From the NCBI RefSeq assembly GCF_006345805.1, contig NW_021824270.1, forward strand, positions 1 through 11,993: a DNA stretch of 11,993 nucleotides, written 5' to 3'. Below, one piece after another: positions 8,090 to 11,993 of the stretch. The notes under the pieces were generated by a model, which made no database searches, was not told the DNA's origin, and worked only from the letters and a program-made list of their open reading frames with translations. The translations under genes were made by a program, and so were the position numbers. Numbering within the stretch: position 1 is the stretch's first letter; every line of letters starts with the position of its first letter. Source of the stretch: Octopus sinensis. Its lineage: Eukaryota.

Positions 8090-8970
8090 TGAGGGAATAT
8101 TATTCCAAACTTACAGGGGAAAATTCAATTTAGAAATACTAAATCAAATTTCACAAAATATAATATATATATATATCTTTATATATAAAAGTAAGGTTGT
8201 GTGTCTGTCTCCTACGATTTAGATTCCTAACTACTCCCACATTTTGCGGTGCAGTTTAACCAAAACAGGGTATCTTATAGTCGTGATTCATATCGAGCCC
8301 TTCTGGGTATTAGCGCGCGTCTACAATGAGTCTACGATTTTAAAAATAATTTCCCATCATTTATTTCCATTTTAATGCATTTTTTTCGCTATTATATAAG
8401 GGAAGTGACTCTCTTAAAATGTCTACGATGAGTCAACGATTTAAAAAAAAAATTACCATAATTTTTTTTCCATTTTCAATGCATTTTTTGCTATTTTTTG
8501 GCTATAACTCTCTAAAAATGCTTTATAGTTATTTTCCTTACAAACCCGAGCAACGCCGAGCGATACTGCTAGTATATATATATATATATGTAAATTAGAA
8601 AAAAAACTCACCTTTTATCAGTTCAATAATGAAAAATTAAATTATACCATTTAGAAAAATTACATATTATAGAAAGATTAAATATAAGATAAAACATATA
8701 ACGATGATCAAGTAATGTGCAAAATAATAAATAAAACGTATATATTTGTTGTATAGGTTTTATTTATTATTTTGTACTTAATTTAGTTCTAGGTAAATGT
8801 TTTATCATACCTTTAATTTTTTTCTATATGGTATGATTTAAGTATATCATTGTTGAATTGCTACATGGTGGTTCTTCTCTAATTTATATACATGTATTAT
8901 ATATTGTGAAATTTGATTCAGTATTACTAAATTGAATTTTTCCCTGTAATTTTGGAATCATTTTCCCTAA
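8090..8970. mobile_element. Fold-back (fully palindromic) MITE, ~480 bp excluding the nested Helitron, possible TA TSD
   Basis: 8092-8164 matches the reverse complement of 8896-8968 at 66/73. Pairing continues internally up to perfect 18-bp arms 8720-8737 / 8757-8774 around a 9-nt loop near 8747. TA dinucleotides flank both ends. Confidence 0.8.
8176..8572 (+). mobile_element. Non-autonomous Helitron (397 bp)
   Basis: 5' A|TC start (TCTTTATATATAAAA) and 3' CTAG|T end. Imperfect GC hairpin CCCGAGCAACGCCGAG at 8545-8560 just before CTAG. No TSD, inserted in (AT)n. Internal ~102-bp direct repeat starts at 8319 and 8421. Confidence 0.8.
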
Positions 8971-8975
8971 TATCA

Positions 8976-9054
8976 TATGTATGAATGTATGTATGTATGT
9001 ATGTATGTATGTATGTATGTATGTATGTATGTATGTATGTATGTATGTATGTAT
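8976..9054. repeat. (TATG)n tetranucleotide microsatellite
   Basis: Directly visible. Confidence 0.95.
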
Positions 9055-9972
9055 AGCTACGCAGACGATACGAAAGTCTCGCAGAAGATACAGAACGCCC
9101 AGAGATGTTGCATACCTGTAGCAAGAGTTGGACTCAGTTAACAGATGGGCTGAGGGCAATACTATGCGGCTTAATACTGAACAATTCCAAGCCCTGCGCT
9201 ACCCGCATCCAAAACTGAATATAAAGCTTACAGGGTCCACAGGGGATTACAATCCCAGAGCCTAAATCAGCGAGGGGCCTGAGTATCGAGATGAGTGATG
9301 ATACCTCTTTCCAAATGCACATTACCAGGATGGCAACAAAGTGCAGACGATTGGCTGGATGGATCCTGAGAACGTTCAGGATCAGAGAGAAGGAAATCTT
9401 GATGGTCCTCTGGAGGACAATCGTCCTCAGCCGCCTGGATTACTGCTCCAGCGAATCCTCACAAAGAAAATCGTCTCGTTGCAACGGCTCAGCTACTGGG
9501 AAAGGCTGAAAAAGCTAAGAATCTACTCCCTGGTGCAAAGGCGGGACAGGTGTGCAGTAATATACATCTGGAAGATCCTGAAAGGAATTGTGCCAAGTTT
9601 TGGCATTGAAAGCTACACTAATGCCAGAAGTGGTCGACACTGCACAGTGACAAAGATCCCAGCAATGCTATCGCGCTTCAGGAACAGTTACTGCAACGGC
9701 CAGGGTTTCAGAGGCCCACAGCTTTTTAAAATTTTTCCAAAGAGCCCGAGGGATCTACACAATGTGGATGTAGGTGTCTTCAGATCAAACTGGACCTTTT
9801 CCTGTCGAGAGTCGCAGATAAACCTACCTCGCGGCAAGAGGTGCAAATGAGAGTCACGATATCAAGCTCCCTTATTCACCAAAAGCCACATATTATAGGG
9901 GGCTCCCAATAATAGCAGTGTAGCAAAACAAGGGTGCCCTTGCATGGGCACAGCTCTAAGCTGCAACTACAA
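9055..9972 (+). mobile_element. 5'-truncated, decayed CR1/L2-group LINE (RT C-terminal part plus 3' UTR)
   Basis: YADD at 9058-9069 (SYADDTKV). After a frameshift and stop: LDSVNRWAEGN...MSDDTSFQMHI...GWILRTF...RLDYCS. Then LSYWERLKKLRIYSLVQRRDR...IWKILKG, typical of the CR1 ORF2 C-terminus. 3' stem-loops at 9934-9951 and 9951-9963. Confidence 0.9.
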
Positions 9973-10016
9973 ATATATATATATATATATATATATACAT
10001 ACAAATATATATATAT

Positions 10017-10067
<51 letters not shown>
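9973..10067. repeat. Compound (AT)n/(CA)n microsatellite
   Basis: Directly visible. Confidence 0.95.
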
Positions 10068-10470
10068 GGTGCATGAGTGACTGTGGGAAGTAGCTTACTT
10101 ACCATGGTTCCGTGTTCAGTCCCACTGCATGGCATCTTGGTCAAGTGTCTTCTACTGTAGCCTCGGGCTGACCAAAACCTTGTGAGTGGAACTGGTAGAC
10201 GAAAACTGAAAGAAGCTTGTCGTATATAAATATACGTGCGTGTGTGTGGGCATCTGAGTGTGTTTGTGTGCCAAGATTTGTCACCCTAATTTCGCTTGAC
10301 AAACGATGCTGGTGCGTTTACGCCTCCGTAACTTAGCGGTTCGGCAAAAGAGACCGTTATAATAAGTACTAGGCTTACAAAGAATAAGTCCTGGGATCGA
10401 TTTGTCCGATTAAAGCTGGTGCTCCAGCATGGCCGCAGTCAAATTACTGAAACAAGCAAAGGAGTAAATA
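10068..10470 (+). mobile_element. tRNA-derived SINE (~400 bp) with an internal (GT)-rich segment and a CR1-like 3' tail
   Basis: tRNA-like head with degenerate A box TGACTGTGGG and B box GTGTTCAGTCCC (10112-10123), followed by GGCATCTTGGTCAAGTGTC. The 3' end GGTGCTCCAGCATGGCCGCAG resembles the adjacent LINE tail. Confidence 0.75.
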
Positions 10471-10471
10471 G

Positions 10472-10491
10472 TATGTATACGTATATATATG

Positions 10492-10529
<38 letters not shown>

Positions 10530-10540
10530 ATGTATATATA

Positions 10541-10626
<86 letters not shown>

Positions 10627-10738
10627 TTGCATATATATATATTTATACATATATATATATATGCATATATATATGTGTATATATATGAATATATGTATAT
10701 ATATGTGTAGATATGTGTATTTATATATTGATGTGTAT
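10472..10738. repeat. Long imperfect (AT)n microsatellite (~265 bp)
   Basis: Directly visible. It is the source of the spurious YI-repeat ORFs. Confidence 0.95.
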
Positions 10739-10930
10739 AGGGAGAATTCACAAAAGAACCAAAGACGAAGACAGGTGGTTTAGACAACAAACAGATGTAT
10801 TAGTTTAACGCTCGTGAAGTGAAAAAGTCTTTAACATTTCGAGCCTACGCTCCTCCACAGAAAGGAACACAGAAAGAAACAAGGAGGGAAAATAAAGAAT
10901 GTGTAGTGGCTAGCGATGTATCATGGCGAA
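10739..10930 (-). mobile_element. Penelope-like element terminal (pLTR) fragment
   Basis: Contains the CTG...GA-(stem-loop)-GAAA-YGTT hammerhead-type motif characteristic of PLE terminal repeats. Boundaries are approximate. Confidence 0.5.
10829..10864 (-). ncRNA. Degenerate minimal (type I, dimer-type) hammerhead ribozyme motif
   Basis: The minus strand reads CTTT-CTGTGGA-G-GAGC-gtag-GCTC-GAAA-T-GTT-AAAG: stem I CUUU/AAAG, stem II GAGC/GCUC, and NUH=GUU. The core deviates from CUGANGA. Confidence 0.45.
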
Positions 10931-11309
10931 TACGTATCTGTAAATATATATATATATATATACATATGAGAAAAAATATGTTCAAGTAGAACAATTCAAA
11001 CTTTTTGGAAAGTCCAAAAAGAAATAATAATAATTGATATGATGAATAATAAATATTCATCATATCAAAATGATTGCCTGATAAAGCAAGCAATTAAAAT
11101 ATGAAATTAATAAGTAAAAACTTCGTTATAGGCATTTATAAGATAAAATCTTATATAAAACACTACAAACAATTATAAAAATGGAGAAATGTTAAAAGTT
11201 CAAATTAGAATTCAATATCCATATACGACCGTCTGAAATGGCAATACAAATATCTAAGAAAAACATTAATTATAATACTAATAATTAAAACAGTAATGTA
11301 TTACTGCAT

Positions 11310-11993
11310 CAAGAAAGGAGCCCCCACTTTTCTTCAGCTTGCTTGGGCTTGAAAATAACACTACATTTCTTTTCCAGACATCTAGCGTAGACTTTTACCG
11401 AGGAGGCTATAAAAAAAGATTCTTCTAAAATTAGAACATTCCTCTCTTTTGACAAATTAAACTTAAATGTTGAAGTGAATCTAACGGTTTTTGTGTGTTT
11501 CTTAAATGGCTTATAACCACCTTCCACGCTGCAATTGTTTTCGTTCCAGCACACGATCTCAGATCAAGTCTCTCGTTATGCAAGTACATCTCCGTAATTC
11601 CTCTCTTTGTTATCGGAAATTGGGATTATCAGCCTGGATCGCGACTTCAGAGGTCCAAAACACCAGGCATTCTCGAGTCAGCGAGAGAATACCTTCTCTA
11701 TTAAAGATTTTTAACATTTCGGGTCCTCTCCGGAGCCCTTATTACTTTTGAACGCTCCATCTACTTCTGTCTCTGTTGGTTAGTCTTCAATCCTACGTAC
11801 TCCACGCGTCTGTCAGATTTTATTCTGACTGGATTTAGGAGATAAGCAAAACATTCTCTATACCTCCCGATAATGTTCTTCTATGTAAGCCGAGTTCTTG
11901 ATAGTAGAAGTGGGAGAGGGCCTCTTGTCACGAAATCGGTGTATGGACTACCTAAGTAATCTATTGACCACATGCACCCTGCAGTCTTCCGCC
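11310..11993 (-). mobile_element. Decayed RTE-clade LINE ORF fragment (pre-RT linker to early RT), continuing past the right window edge
   Basis: Minus-strand peptides across frameshifts: IGRYRECFAYLLNPV (11827-11871), PTETEVDGAFKSNKGSGED, PEMLKIFNREGILSLTREC (from 11723), LIIPI, ECSNFRRI, and KVYARCLEKK (about 11366-11395). These match the RTE pattern ILxRWREYFxxLLNP...KAPGxD..PEMLK...IIPIFKKGD..CSNYRGISLLS..GKVY. Confidence 0.85.
11450..11596. mobile_element. 147-bp insertion in the RTE fragment with a 12-bp target-site duplication
   Basis: ATTCCTCTCTTT occurs at 11438-11449 and 11597-11608. Removing the insert and one repeat rejoins the IIPI...KxR and ECSNFR motifs. Confidence 0.75.

Noticed and set aside
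9291-9850. ORFs 9291-9509 and 9341-9850 as independent genes
   Set aside because: They are frameshifted pieces of the decayed CR1-group ORF2.
10410-10790. 126-aa and 89-aa YI-repeat ORFs
   Set aside because: They are translations of the long (AT)n tract.
11309-11751. ORFs 11309-11554, 11495-11704 and 11506-11751
   Set aside because: They are chimeric or antisense readings of the decayed RTE fragment plus its insertion.
1-11993. CRISPR array or prokaryotic defence system
   Set aside because: There are no regularly spaced repeats with unique spacers and no operon-like genes. The sequence is eukaryotic in character.

Overview
Very AT-rich, microsatellite- and transposon-dense eukaryotic genomic DNA. 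The repeat content resembles, from memory only, coleoid cephalopod (octopus) DNA; this is inference and was not searched. The only intact gene is an effector caspase (caspase-3/7-like, 293 aa, minus strand, 6239-7120) whose whole CDS lies in one exon. Downstream of it (left) lie two tRNA-SINEs and a ~2.5 kb non-autonomous TIR element sitting in (TA)n, which is tandemly duplicated (457-2954 / 2955-5474) with the junction inside its left TIR. Upstream of it (right) lie a fully palindromic fold-back MITE interrupted by a Helitron, a 5'-truncated CR1/L2-group LINE, a tRNA-SINE that appears to share that LINE's 3' tail, a Penelope-like terminal fragment with a degenerate minimal hammerhead ribozyme, a cluster of perfect hairpins, and a decayed RTE LINE carrying a TSD-flanked insertion. 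Most ORFs in the supplied track are microsatellite or antisense artefacts. All alignments were done by eye. I see no clearly novel multi-gene system.
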